Shown here one piece after another: positions 13,430-24,864 of a stretch of DNA of 64,000 nt. The notes under the pieces were generated by a model. That model searched no databases and had not been told where the DNA came from. It saw nothing but the letters and a program-made list of their open reading frames with translations. The stretch is taken from NCBI RefSeq assembly GCF_964355755.1, contig NC_092672.1, positions 22,147,237 through 22,211,236 on the forward strand. Direction: 5' to 3'. The stretch is from Antedon mediterranea. Lineage: Eukaryota > Animalia > Echinodermata. Position 1 is the first letter of the stretch; each line of letters opens with the position of its first letter. A program made the position numbers and the translations under genes.

Positions 13430-14245
13430 GTCCAAAAATATCATAACCAGCAACTACAATTGAAAAACATTCATTTAAACAAGAAAAGCAACTTACAAAT
13501 ATATTAATAAACAACTTCATTTAACAGGTCTGCCTCATATTTAAGCCCTTAATTTCAAAACTGAACTTGTCATGGCACACAACAAAGCGGCAAGTACGCC
13601 ACCAATATTTTGGAACGTAAGTGATAACAGTTATCAGACATTCAAACACTCTCCGTTTATTTAAGTGTTGATATACTATTTGTTAGCAAAGTGTATTTAG
13701 AAGTGATAGTGAGTTTACAGTAGGCCTGTAAAGATGGCCTATGATTGTGTAAATGCTATTTTAGGAAACAAATGCAAACTTTATGTCTGTTCTGTTATAC
13801 TAGTAGGCCTACTTTAACTAAAATCATTGGTAATGTTTGTCTTGCTAAAAGATGTTGCTAGTACTAGGTTGTACTCAAAGATGTATTGTCCCACAAAAAC
13901 ATGAAAAATGAAGATTAATTAAATCAGACTAATAAAGTTAATCAATTCCGTAGGAAAAAAAAAATGTTTTCACTTATAAAATAACATAATAAATAGTTAA
14001 ATTCAACCAAAAATCCATTGGCTGGCAGCCAATTTGACCATTTTTTCTTAAATACATTTTTTCCAATTTATCCAAAAGTGGATAACTATCATGTGACATT
14101 AAATGGCATATTGAAAAAGTTAAAGTTAAAAATTATTTTTCAGGGGGGACAATACATCTTTTTTTCCCCTAGGTTTAATCAATTTAGTAGGCCTAGTATA
14201 TATGGTCGCAATAAAGTGTATTTTGATTGTATGAGCATTAAGCGA
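13430..14245 (+). repeat. Direct duplication of 7430-7462 plus 9383-10085, including a second Kolobok-like MITE (13879-14159)
   Basis: Long near-identical runs, for example cacacaacaaagcggcaagtacgccacca...tttagaagtgatagtgagtt. Confidence 0.9.
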
Positions 14246-14789
14246 TTGATTATTCAAACTTTCGCTTGTCATTTAATTTAATTTAATTGTCATTTAATAT
14301 TTAATTTTAATTGGTTAAAACAACGAAAGGAATGTGCTCACCCCCACAACTAACGTTTGCACTATTTTCTATAAATCGATAACAGGCGTAAAATCAGAAG
14401 TAAAATAGGCATACAACTTATTTTTCTAAGCATGCAATTTGGGTAAAAATACACACAATTTTTCAATAAAAATAGGTAGTCTGTGTAAAAAATAATATAA
14501 AAATATATTAGTTGTTAAGGTTTTTTTTAAAATTGTTGTCATATTGTTTATGGGGCCCTCAAAACGACAACAAAACATAATAATGGCATAAAAATGGCAA
14601 GGAGGCATTAATAAAAAGATTAAAATGTAGGGCTACAATAAAACAATGTTAAAAATTGGATTAATTAATATGTCATTGCAGTCATTTCCCAGGTACGTAC
14701 TTCTCAAGATCCAGGTCATAGAATGTAGAGTCGCCCACCCTTCTTCAGCAGCAGCACAGTACACGTGTGTGATGGCATGATGGCTCATC

Positions 14790-14926
14790 AAAAAAAGTTC
14801 TCAAAATGAAACATGTATTTATATGGGGTGAACATGATGTTACGTTTGTTACCGGTTATATTTTATGGTAATTAATAATTTATAGAACAGTGAATGTTAG
14901 GAAAAAATGGCGAAATAAATGTAAGG
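14790..14926 (+). promoter_or_regulatory. Putative promoter / first-exon region
   Basis: YY1-like AAAATGGCG at about 14904-14912 followed by a GTAAGG donor at 14921; a divergent exon-like segment lies at 14701-14788. Inference only. Confidence 0.3.
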
Positions 14927-14949
14927 GTACACTCAGCTACTGAACTATA

Positions 14950-15355
14950 ATTAGGCCTAGCCTAGCTAGGCCTATTAGGCCTAGGCTAGTACTAGTAGGC
15001 CTAGGCTAAATACTACGTACTAGCTAGGCCTAGCCTAGGCCTAGCTAGGCCTAAGTGTCTGTAGGCCTACTTATGTAGGGTGATGTAGGCCTAAGGCTAT
15101 ACTACTAACTACTTTCTCTAGGCCTAGGCCTAAATACTAAATACTACTAACTAGGCCTAGGGCCTAGTGTCTGTCTATAGGCCTAGGCCCTAGGCCTACT
15201 TATGTAAGTTGATGTAGGCCTAAGTAAGGCTATACTAGACAAAAAGGGTGCTAGAGTAATACATAGGAGGAGGAACAGGTAAGGCTGGACCAGGCCTAGT
15301 ACAAGTTAGGCTTATTTATAGCTAGCTAGATACTGTTTAGGCATAGCCTACTAGG
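14950..15355. repeat. Low-complexity pile-up of TAGGCCTA/TAGCCTA/TAGCTA/TACTA units
   Basis: For example ttaggcctagcctagctaggcctattaggcctaggctagtactagtaggcctaggcta; no fixed period. Confidence 0.9.
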
Positions 15356-15799
15356 ATCATCATAATAGCAGTTTTCATACTGGAATTACGGAAAAAGGTT
15401 AAAGGTTTCAAGATGGTTTTAGGCCTGGGGTTAAACCATATAATATTTATATTATAAATAAAGGAAGTAAATTCATTGGTTAGTGTTCATTAAATATCTT
15501 TGTATCAAAATTGATTAAATTCACAGCGTTAATAAATGGTGGCACAGAATAGCTAGCTCTTGTTAAGAAAGCTAATTGTAATACTTTACTCTCTGTCCAA
15601 ATTAGCTATTAAATCAAATCAACATCACAGGCAGAATGGCAAAGCATACCAGGTACACACACACACTCACATTTCTATTTTTCTAAGGACACAATTACAA
15701 CTCCACTCCCAAAGACTTGTAATAAGACTTTGTTTATGTAGAGCATCTTGTGTATATGTTTGTCTTGTGAACCTAGCTCTGAGGGTCCCTAATGATCAG

Positions 15800-16900
15800 C
15801 AATTTTTTTGTTTTAATCTTATGTGGGTTCATCCCACTTTTATTTCCATACAACTGTTCTCTTTACATATTTTTTTCACTATACACTATACATATCATTA
15901 TATTTACAATGTTTGTTTAATCATCTGTTTACATATACTTATTTAAAGAGTTTTATTCATTTGTTTACATATTATCACATTGATTACATAGCTTCCTCTT
16001 TTTAAAATAATTATCTGTAACACATTTTCATTAACAAGCTTATTTTTTTTCTTACATAGTTGTTTTTGATTTTTTCATCTACCACATTTTCATTTAACAA
16101 TGCATATTCTCTGTTATACTCATTACTTACTAAATGTTTACTGTTAACATAATATTGTTCTCATCCTTTAACATTAATATTAATATTTTTGTTCTTTAAT
16201 GTTTACAAAACTTTTATTTCCAGCAGATTATCCTTTTTTTTGCATCTATAACTTCTTAAATTTTCATTTAACTTTTTTACTTTCTTCTCTTATGTGGATT
16301 CATTCCACTTTTTTTTTACTTATTTTCTTTAAAAAAAAACTATTTCCATATATTATTTTGTTTATACATACATTATCATTTAATCACATTGATTATATAG
16401 TTTCCTCTTTTTATACATATTATCTATAACACATTTTCATTAACAAAGCTTATTTTTTCTTACATAGTTGTTTTTGTTTTTTTTTCATCTACATGCATAT
16501 TTATTTCATACAATTATAATACGTTTATGTTTAATAAATCCATCCCATGGGTTTGTCCCATTTTATTTTTCTTTGGATTTATCTATGCAAACCTATTTTC
16601 ATTTAAACAATGCATATTCTCTGTTATACTAATTACTTACTAACTTTTTACTGTTAACATTATATTTTCCTCATCCTTTAACATTGATTTTTTGATCTTT
16701 AAATGTTTACAAAATTTATTTCCAACAGATTATCCTTTTTTACATCTACAGTATAACCCATCAAAGTTTCATTTAACTTTTTTTTTCTTATGTGGGTTCA
16801 TTCAATTTTTTTTTTTACTTATTATTTATTATATTATTTTTTTATACATACATTATCATTTAACAACATTTATGTTTAATGATCCATTAAAAAAATTAGA
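15800..16900. repeat. Degenerate tandem duplication, unit about 470-500 bp
   Basis: Anchor atgtgg(g/a)ttcat recurs at about 15821, 16292 and 16790, with shared downstream text. Confidence 0.8.
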
Positions 16901-17099
16901 CATTTTTTTTTCTTTTTAACCATTTTATCATTTCAAAATTCCACATGCAGTAAGAATGTGCAAATTACATATATATATATACCTATATATCATTTTTTTA
17001 TCATCAATCTATAAAAAGCTTTTCACATTTTGTCTTTTTGTTTTCAAATCATCAAGGTATACATATTTACAAAACATACAATATAGTAGCAAGAAAAAA

Positions 17100-18535
17100 A
17101 AACAAACATAATAGATTCATCATTCATGGTATCTCATTTACATATTTTCTTCCTTAATCTGGTTGAGCATATACAGTATACCTGCAGATTTACATATTTC
17201 TTATCTTTTTTTCAGATTTAAACATTTGTAGGATACAAACATTTCGTAATTATTGTCAGTTTCAAATAAAAGTCTTTTGAAAGAAAAAACAGGAATATGT
17301 ATGCTTACTGCTCTAATTATTTCGTTTATCTCTCTCCATAAACATTTTACTGTTATGCACTCTACTAACATATGTTTATCATTCTCAATAACATTGCATG
17401 TGTCACAAAATGGGGAATTTACAAGTCTCCACCTATGTAATCTTTCATTTGTTGGCAATATTTTGTGCAACAATTTAAAATTAAAATGTGCTAGTTTTTT
17501 TTCTTTAAGACCAGAAACTTTCTTAACCCATATTTTTGTCCATAGCATATTACCAAATATGGATTCCCACTTAACCTGTGCCGTAGGCGTAATATATTGA
17601 GCATCTATTATGAATCTATATAATTGTCTAGACGTCATATTTAAGACCTTATTGTTTGTAATAGGTATATCATTTACATTAATGTCATGTGTTGATTTTA
17701 AAATACATTTCCATTCTTTTGGAATGGCTTTCAATTTACATGAATATTCACTGATCCAATTTTGTGTACATCTTAACCTTGTTATCTCTATCGCAGGCTT
17801 AGACACATTATATTTATTACATCATATCTTTTTAAAAACCCTGATCTAATCCAGTTACAGTTATATAACGGCTTCTTTTTAATACATATAAACTCATTAC
17901 CCCATAATGATTGATTAATAATGTCATCATAGCTTATTGGTTCCTTATTTAATCTATTATTACAAGCATTAGCTACTGCTATAGACTTAATAACTCAGCT
18001 GAGAGGTAAAATGGTGGTACGGATATATTACACGGAACTTTTGATAAATTTGAGGTTAATGATTTTGGGCCTATTTTTTCTATATAAAATGTAGGTAAAT
18101 ATTTCCATTTCGTTTTCATACAGTCTCCTGTGCCATTTAACTTGGAAAGATATTACCTGAGATCTGAATTCTACCATTTTTAGACCACCTTGACTGTAAT
18201 TGGCACACATGGTTTTTCTTTTTATTTTCTCTTTCTTAGTTTCCCAAATGAATTTAAAAATTAATTTATCCACCTCTTTTATTACTTTTTCTGGTACTAG
18301 CAAAATGCTGGAATTGTATATAATTTTTGAGAGCGCTAATGTTTTTACAATAGTAATTCTTCCAAAAAAAGTGAGGTGTCTTTTCTCCCATGTTTTTAGG
18401 GTATTTTCTAATGCGTCTATTTTTTCTTTCCAGTTCTTTTGATAACAATATTCCTTATCATGTCCAACATAGATACCTAATATCCGAATTGGTGTGGATG
18501 TCCAAGAAATGTTACCATGTGTGTCCTGCAATGAT
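17100..18535 (-). mobile_element. 5'-truncated, frameshifted Tx1/L1-clade LINE
   Basis: ORF 18028-18531 has IRILGI..W..RHLTFFGRITIVKTLALSKIIY..FKFIW..GGLKM (post-RT region). ORF 17201-17806 has the zf-RVT motif FKLLHKILPTNERL..CDTC..E...HMLVEC..VKCLW. Confidence 0.9.
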
Positions 18536-19135
18536 CAGCAATTGCTGGATGGATCACCCTCATTAAATATGGTTAAAAAAAAATATTAAAAACTGTAAAT
18601 CAAGAAAAACAACATAAAAAAGTAAGTCGCAATGTGTACATCATCATCATCATTTCATAGCCTTTGTCAGCTTATTGATCATGTCATCTGGACTGATTTT
18701 AATAATATTTGTTTTTCTCTTTTATTCTCTATCTAGAAAATCATGGCACTTTCAACTTTTAAATCCCAAAAAAAAAAAAAAATGTATAGAATTTGTCAAA
18801 TTTTATATAAATATTTATTAACATAGTAAATAAGTCAATACAGTAATTGTGTCATATTTGTTGTGATGGTTTGTTATCCAAACATGATAAATATTTGTAT
18901 ACATTACCTTTTATTTATACATCATTAATGATCATAACAGTTTAAATTTGTAACTAACTTTATCATATAGATTTTGCCTCTTTCACTGTAAATGAATTGA
19001 TAAAATGCACTTTGTGAAGTGAAACAACTTAATGTAATAAAATTCACTTAATGAAATAAATTAAATCAATAAATTTAAACTCAGATTACAAATACTGCCA
19101 CCAGTGTCCCAACATTTGAGATCACTTCTTTCTTG

Positions 19136-20712
19136 GGGCCTGTTTCTGCTGCATAAAAATAACCGGTTAAAATCGGTGTGAATAAATTAAAATCGGTGTG
19201 AATAAATTAACTCCATTTTCTTGGCAGCAGAAACAGGACAAATTTGTGGTAACCGGTTAAAACGCAGCGCAAAATCACCGGTTAAAAACACCAATTTAAA
19301 TCGGTGTTAGAATGCCGTTTAACCGGTTATCGCTGAGCAATTCTTGGCTGCAACACGAAATAACGGTTATTTGATTGACAGTTGTGACCCCGGGTCAGAT
19401 ACCGTCGCGTACCATGTGTGTTTTCCTTGTGGTTTTGACAGTCGAACGAAGAAGTGAACGTGGATGAATGAAAATCACAACATATGTTATTCAGTTGTGG
19501 GGGGAAGATGTGGGGGGAAGATGTGGGGGGAAGAGAAAGTGCGGGGAAGTATGGCAGGCAATAGAAAAGATTCACAGATATATAAGAGCATTTTTGCGAA
19601 AGTAAAAGAGGAATTCGGGGTGGAGTTCCGAACTACCCAAGCTAAACAATTTGAGGCTTCACGCTCGCGAAGGGTAGGCCTATGGTCCTATAAACACCAA
19701 ACGGAAACAAAAGGGACTCAGAATGTTGCAAATACCTACCAAACAAGAATAGATAATGGTTAATTAATTATGAAAACCCAAATTTTATAGCAAAAATCGT
19801 CCGAATTTATGTTAAAAACAATGAATTTAGCAACAAAAACTGAAACCAAACGAGCGTATTTATGGCACGCCATTAGTGCCTTTAATAGGAGAACAATCTG
19901 ATTGTTTTAAATAATATAATTTTTTAGAAAAAGGTTATCAGAGCCTTTGATAATATATTAAATATAATTTTATTAAGCATAGAAATGTGTTATTATTTAT
20001 TTTAGTACATAAATATACGAAATAATGTTCAATACTCATTGTTCTATTAAAAGGCACTATCTGCGTGTGATGTTCTATGACTTGGATACTCTCGTTTGAT
20101 TTCAGTTTTTGTGGCTAAACTCGTTGTTTTTAACATAAATTTGGACGATTTTTGCTATAAAAGTTGGGTTTTCATAATTAATTAACAATTATCTACTCTC
20201 GTTTGGTAGGTATTGCAACATTGTGAGTCTTGTTTTTGTTTCCGTTTGATGTTTAGTAGGACCGCGCTCGCGAAAGACAACAAGCATTCAGCTCAGGTGG
20301 GAAGGGAATTAGGCAAGATAATAATTATCCTAGGCGATCGGGCACTGCACGACCCTCCCCATGTTATTGAAGGTGCCATGAGAATTAATGTAAATTAGCG
20401 ATGGTAAGTAGGCTTTACAAAAAACAAAATTTGTAGACCTGGAGACAACATTTTATTATTTTAACATGTTCGGCGATATCACACACGTGTGTACTGAGCG
20501 TCGATGTAAACAAACAGCCAACTTACTACTTCCGTCTGAGTGTATTGCATTTTGGGTAATGATGATGTTTTGCTCGACGACCACCCATTGTAGATTTAAT
20601 CGGTTATTTCGGAGCACAAATTGAGCAGAAACGCGGTCTTTGTTATTGTTATCTATTTTTAATCTATTTAAAAATAACCGGTTAAATTGCGTTATGCAGC
20701 AGAAACAGACCC
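19136..20712. mobile_element. Non-autonomous PIF/Harbinger-like DNA transposon
   Basis: 21-bp TIR GGG(C/T)CTGTTTCTGCTGCATAA, flanks ttg/tta, repeated aaccggttaa sub-terminal motifs. Related sequence at positions 1-30. Confidence 0.75.
19684..20263. mobile_element. Foldback MITE nested in the Harbinger-like element
   Basis: Imperfect inverted arms of about 180 bp or more, starting GGTCCTA and ending TAGGACC; cgctcgcgaa occurs on both sides. Confidence 0.8.
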
Positions 20713-21233
20713 TTATAAATACTGCCACCAATGTAAGCTTATTTGTTATCTTTGCTGTTCTATATTTGTAATCAATACAAAGGTTAAAGTGTAAATATTA
20801 CCTTTTTATGGATTCTCTTCCTACAGTGTTGAGCCTAATCTAATACTGTTTTACTTAAATTGTACAAAGGCTTCTTAAAGCTTATTCACATGTCTAAATT
20901 AGACGGAAGTTTTTCAATTCAATTGTTACTTACAGTTTTGCTGAAAGAAATTGATAGGTTGCAAATTTAAATTGATTTAACAAAGTTACGAATGTGAATT
21001 GAGTGATTGTTCCAAATGGCTGGAATGACATTTAAAAAGAATATTTAAGAGAGTTACAATGGAAAAAAGGGATACAGAAAGTGGGGAAATCTCTTCTTTG
21101 ATTAATAAAGTATTACAGACCAAAATGTTTCATTATTTTGTGTTTTAGCCTAGAGGGCGTTTTTAAGAATTGTGTTGTTAATTGTTCAAACATTTTAAAA
21201 GATTACTTTGTACTGTTCATATTTATTTTACAG

Positions 21234-21298
21234 GGTGTGAGTGAGTGTAGCTACTGTATGACACAAAGTACAATGTTATTGAACTTCCTTCAATATAG
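21234..21298 (+). other. Candidate upstream exon of the ankyrin gene
   Basis: ttttacag acceptor and AG|GTAGCT donor. ATG at 21258 (MTQSTMLLNFLQY) splices in frame to exon 24807 (R-I-T-M). Competing GTGAGT donors lie at 21237 and 21241. Confidence 0.35.
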
Positions 21299-21778
21299 GT
21301 AGCTTGTAAACAATTGACTATTATGTAATTTGCACATTTTGAGCTTTGCTGTCATGTGACTATACAATCACTCAATCAATTTTCAATAAAATCATTAAAT
21401 TCATTTTTAAACATTTTATTTGATTAATTTATTCACCGTGTGACATGATCAAAAAGAAAAATCAATATGCATCTGTAGTATAAGATGCTTTTATTAAAAT
21501 GTCATTATAGCACACGGCAGAATTGGAAGTAATGTTTCACAATAGTAAAAAATAGTTGAAATGGTAAATCATACAAAATGAAAAATCTATACAAATTTAA
21601 CAAATCAGGATAAAAATTTATTTGACATTGACATTATCTTTATATTATGACCTTTGGATTTTCTATTTATTTTACCTTGTCTTTAACCAATATTACATTT
21701 GAAATTGTAGGGCAATGATAAAATGAAAGCAAACATTAAATCATGCGACTTTGAATACTTGATTGACGCAGACAATTT

Positions 21779-21951
21779 ATAACAATTCTTGTCCAGTATT
21801 GGTCTTCACTATTTCATGTCTTTAAAAGTAAAATTTTCACTGTAGAGTATTTGTATGTAGCTGTTTAACAATTCTTGTCCAGTATTGGTCTTCATTATTT
21901 CATATCTTTAAAAGTAAAATGTTCATTATAGGGTATTTGTTGTAGCTGTTT
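21779..21951. repeat. Two-copy tandem repeat, about 87 bp
   Basis: aacaattcttgtccagtattggtcttca...tgtagctgttt occurs twice. Confidence 0.9.
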
Positions 21952-22224
21952 GTCATGTTGGTTTACCTGCTTATCTTTACAATCTATTAGTATGTTAAAC
22001 ATTTTGTACAGTCAAGAGTTAAGTTGTACATTTTACCCAGTTGTTTCTTGTCTTTATTGAAAATGATACCTTAATATCAGTGGTACTGGTGTCACACAAT
22101 GCATCCAAAAAGAATAAACAAAAAAAACAACAAAAGTAATTAAATGAACAAATTGAACATTAAACTTTTAAACTTCTAAACTTCTTATACATTTTTTAGT
22201 GAATTTATTTGTTCATTTCTAATT

Positions 22225-23328
22225 AATAAAGTATCAAATACATTCTACAGTATTGTTTTATACCTGTTTGTTATATCATGTTGGTTTATCTGTGGCTTTC
22301 TATTTAATAAAGTGTATCAAATACAGTATTGTTTTATACCTGTTATATCATGTTGGTTTATCTGTGCCTTTCTGTTTAATAAAGTGTAATACAGTATTGT
22401 TTTATACCTGTTATATTATGTTGGTTTATCTGTGCCTTTCTGTTTAATAAAGTGTATCAAATACAGTATTGTTTTATACCTGTTATATCATGTTGGTGTA
22501 TGTGTGCCTTTCTATTTAATAAAGTGTATCAAATACAGTATTGTTTTATACCTGTTATATCATGTTGGTTTATCTGTGCCTTTCTGTTTAATAAAGTGTA
22601 TCAAATACAGTATTGTTTTATACCTGTTATATCATGTTGGTTTATCTATGCCTTTCTATTTAATAAAGTGTATCAAATACAGTATTGTTTTATACCTGTT
22701 ATATCATGTTGGTTTATCTGTGCCTTTCTATTTAATAAAGTGTATCAAATACAGTATTGTTTTATACCTGTTATATCATGTTGGTTTATCTGTGGCTTTC
22801 TATTTAATAAAGTGTATTAATACAGTATTGTTTTATACCTGTTATATCATGTTGGTTTATCTGTGGCTTTCTATTTTAATAAAGTGTATTAATACAGTAT
22901 TGTTTTATACCTGTTATATCATGTTGGTTTATCTGTGGCTTTCTATTTTAATAAAGTGTATCAAATACAGTATTGTTTAATACCTGTTATATCATGTTGG
23001 TTTATGTGTGGCTTTCTATTTAATAAAGTGTAATACAGTATTGTCTTATACCTGTTATATCATGTTGGTTTATGTGTGGCTTTCTATTTAATAAAGTGTA
23101 ATACAGTATTGTTTTATACCTGTTATATCATGTTGGTTTATCTGTGGCTTTCTATTTAATAAAGTGTATCAAATACAGTATTGTTTTATACCTGTTATAT
23201 CATGTTGGTTTATCTGTGGCTTTCTATTTAATAAAGTGTAATACAGTATTGTCTTATACCTGTTATATCATGTTGGTTTATCTGTGGCTTTCTATTTAAT
23301 AAAGTGTATCAAATACAGTATTGTTTTT
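22225..23328. repeat. 72-bp minisatellite, about 15 copies
   Basis: Unit aaagtgtatcaaatacagtattgttttatacctgttatatcatgttggtttatctgtgcctttctatttaat; some units lack 4 bp. Confidence 0.97.
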
Positions 23329-24813
23329 AACTCTTATATTATTTGTATTGTATTTTTATTTTGACTGTGTCTTGAAACATGATGTAAAGTAACTTTTGTT
23401 TGGTTCATCTGTTGGCCCTGGCTGTTGCTTGAACTTAGACTACATTAATCTAATAACCTTTGCCTTAGTTTACTGTTTGTTTGTCACCCTGTTATTCCTT
23501 TAGTAATATCATATCTGATAAACTTATAGCAAATATTAAACCAGGCTTTGTTGCACTATTGTAGCATTAAAATAGTAGGTTTATTTATATACTTTTTTAA
23601 ACACTCTGAAATTCACAGTACACTTTTTTCAGTTTGTCTTCTGTCTTTATACAACTTTGTTTAAATATTATTATTACAAAATAGTGTATAATTTACTTTA
23701 TTATTATTTAAATCCAAAGTTGTTTAAGTATATTAAGTCTTTTGTCAGAATGTCTTATTAGCATTTTTTTTCTTAAATTTCAACTCCGTATTTTTATTTA
23801 AAAACAAGCTAATTTATTATTATGTCTGATTGCTGAATTTATTATTATATTTGACCAATAACTGTCTTCAATATTGCTGAAGCCAGAGTAGAGTTATTTT
23901 GTTTTCCTTCTCAGTGCAGTCAAAATTGTGCCGCTCATGCCTCCATGTTGTAACCATTGTCATGAGTTTAACAATAATCTGTTAAATGTAAAACTAAACG
24001 ATGGAAACACTCAGTTCCTGTTATTACTAATATCATTAATAATGTTTATTTACTAAAACCTTGTATGAACCTCGTCTCATTTAATGTATTATAGTATTTT
24101 GTCTAATTTCAAGTAAAAATATATTGCATAATTTTCACAAGACCTTAATCAGTCATTATTAGAGTTTACCTGGGGTACCTTGATACACATTGTTTGCTTT
24201 ACCTAAAATGGTAATTCACGTTGGTTTGTAGTTGTAATCAACTAAATGATAAGAACAAAGCAAACACTAAGTCACGCTATGTTGTAATTTGTATAGAATC
24301 CATTGAATTGCACTGGTTATCATTATATAAATAATGATATAAAAGTGTTTGGTCTTCTGTACAACAACCACTTGCATTCAACTTTTGAAAAGGAAATGTT
24401 GCATATTTTGGATTTCTTTTATTTTAGCATTACCACTGTAAGTGTACATAGTACTTGTAGGTCTAAATAATGTTATAACATTATTTGATTCAGTTCTTGT
24501 ACCATATTTATATTTGTTACTTTCAAAATTAGAGGGAGGGATGCTTTTATTTAGATAAAGGGTGATTTAAAGCCACAACAGTCTATAGATGATTCTAATG
24601 ATTTGTTGCTTCATCACCTTTGCTGTTGTCATGAGCTGTTATCACTAAGTATCTACCATTAATATTCAAGTAACTCGTAATCAACTATTTTTTAATGTGT
24701 GTGTTACTTTAATATCAACCATACAAATTTTGAATTGACAAATTGTTTTTGTTTTAATTCATTTTAAACATTATACATTGTTTCTGCCCTTTTTTCAATT
24801 TAGCAGAATTACA

Positions 24814-24864
24814 ATGGATCTTGTCGAACACCTTCTTGATATGTGTGCATTCAATGGCATTCAG
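24814..24864 (+). CDS. Ankyrin gene, probable first (or second) coding exon, MDLVEHLLDMCAFNGIQ
   Basis: Pyrimidine tract plus TAGCAG tandem acceptor (24801-24806), ATG in acaATGG context at 24814, CAG|GTAGGC donor; phase 0 to the next exon. Confidence 0.65.

Noticed and set aside
14950-15355. Interstitial telomeric repeat (TTAGGC/TTAGG)
   Set aside because: Units are palindromic, aperiodic and strand-symmetric, unlike telomerase products.
17253-18442. Plus-strand ORFs of 115, 79 and 80 aa
   Set aside because: They are antisense shadows of the Tx1-like LINE ORF2.
22253-22980. 182-aa and 122-aa repetitive ORFs
   Set aside because: They are translations of the 72-bp minisatellite; units lacking 4 bp break the frame.
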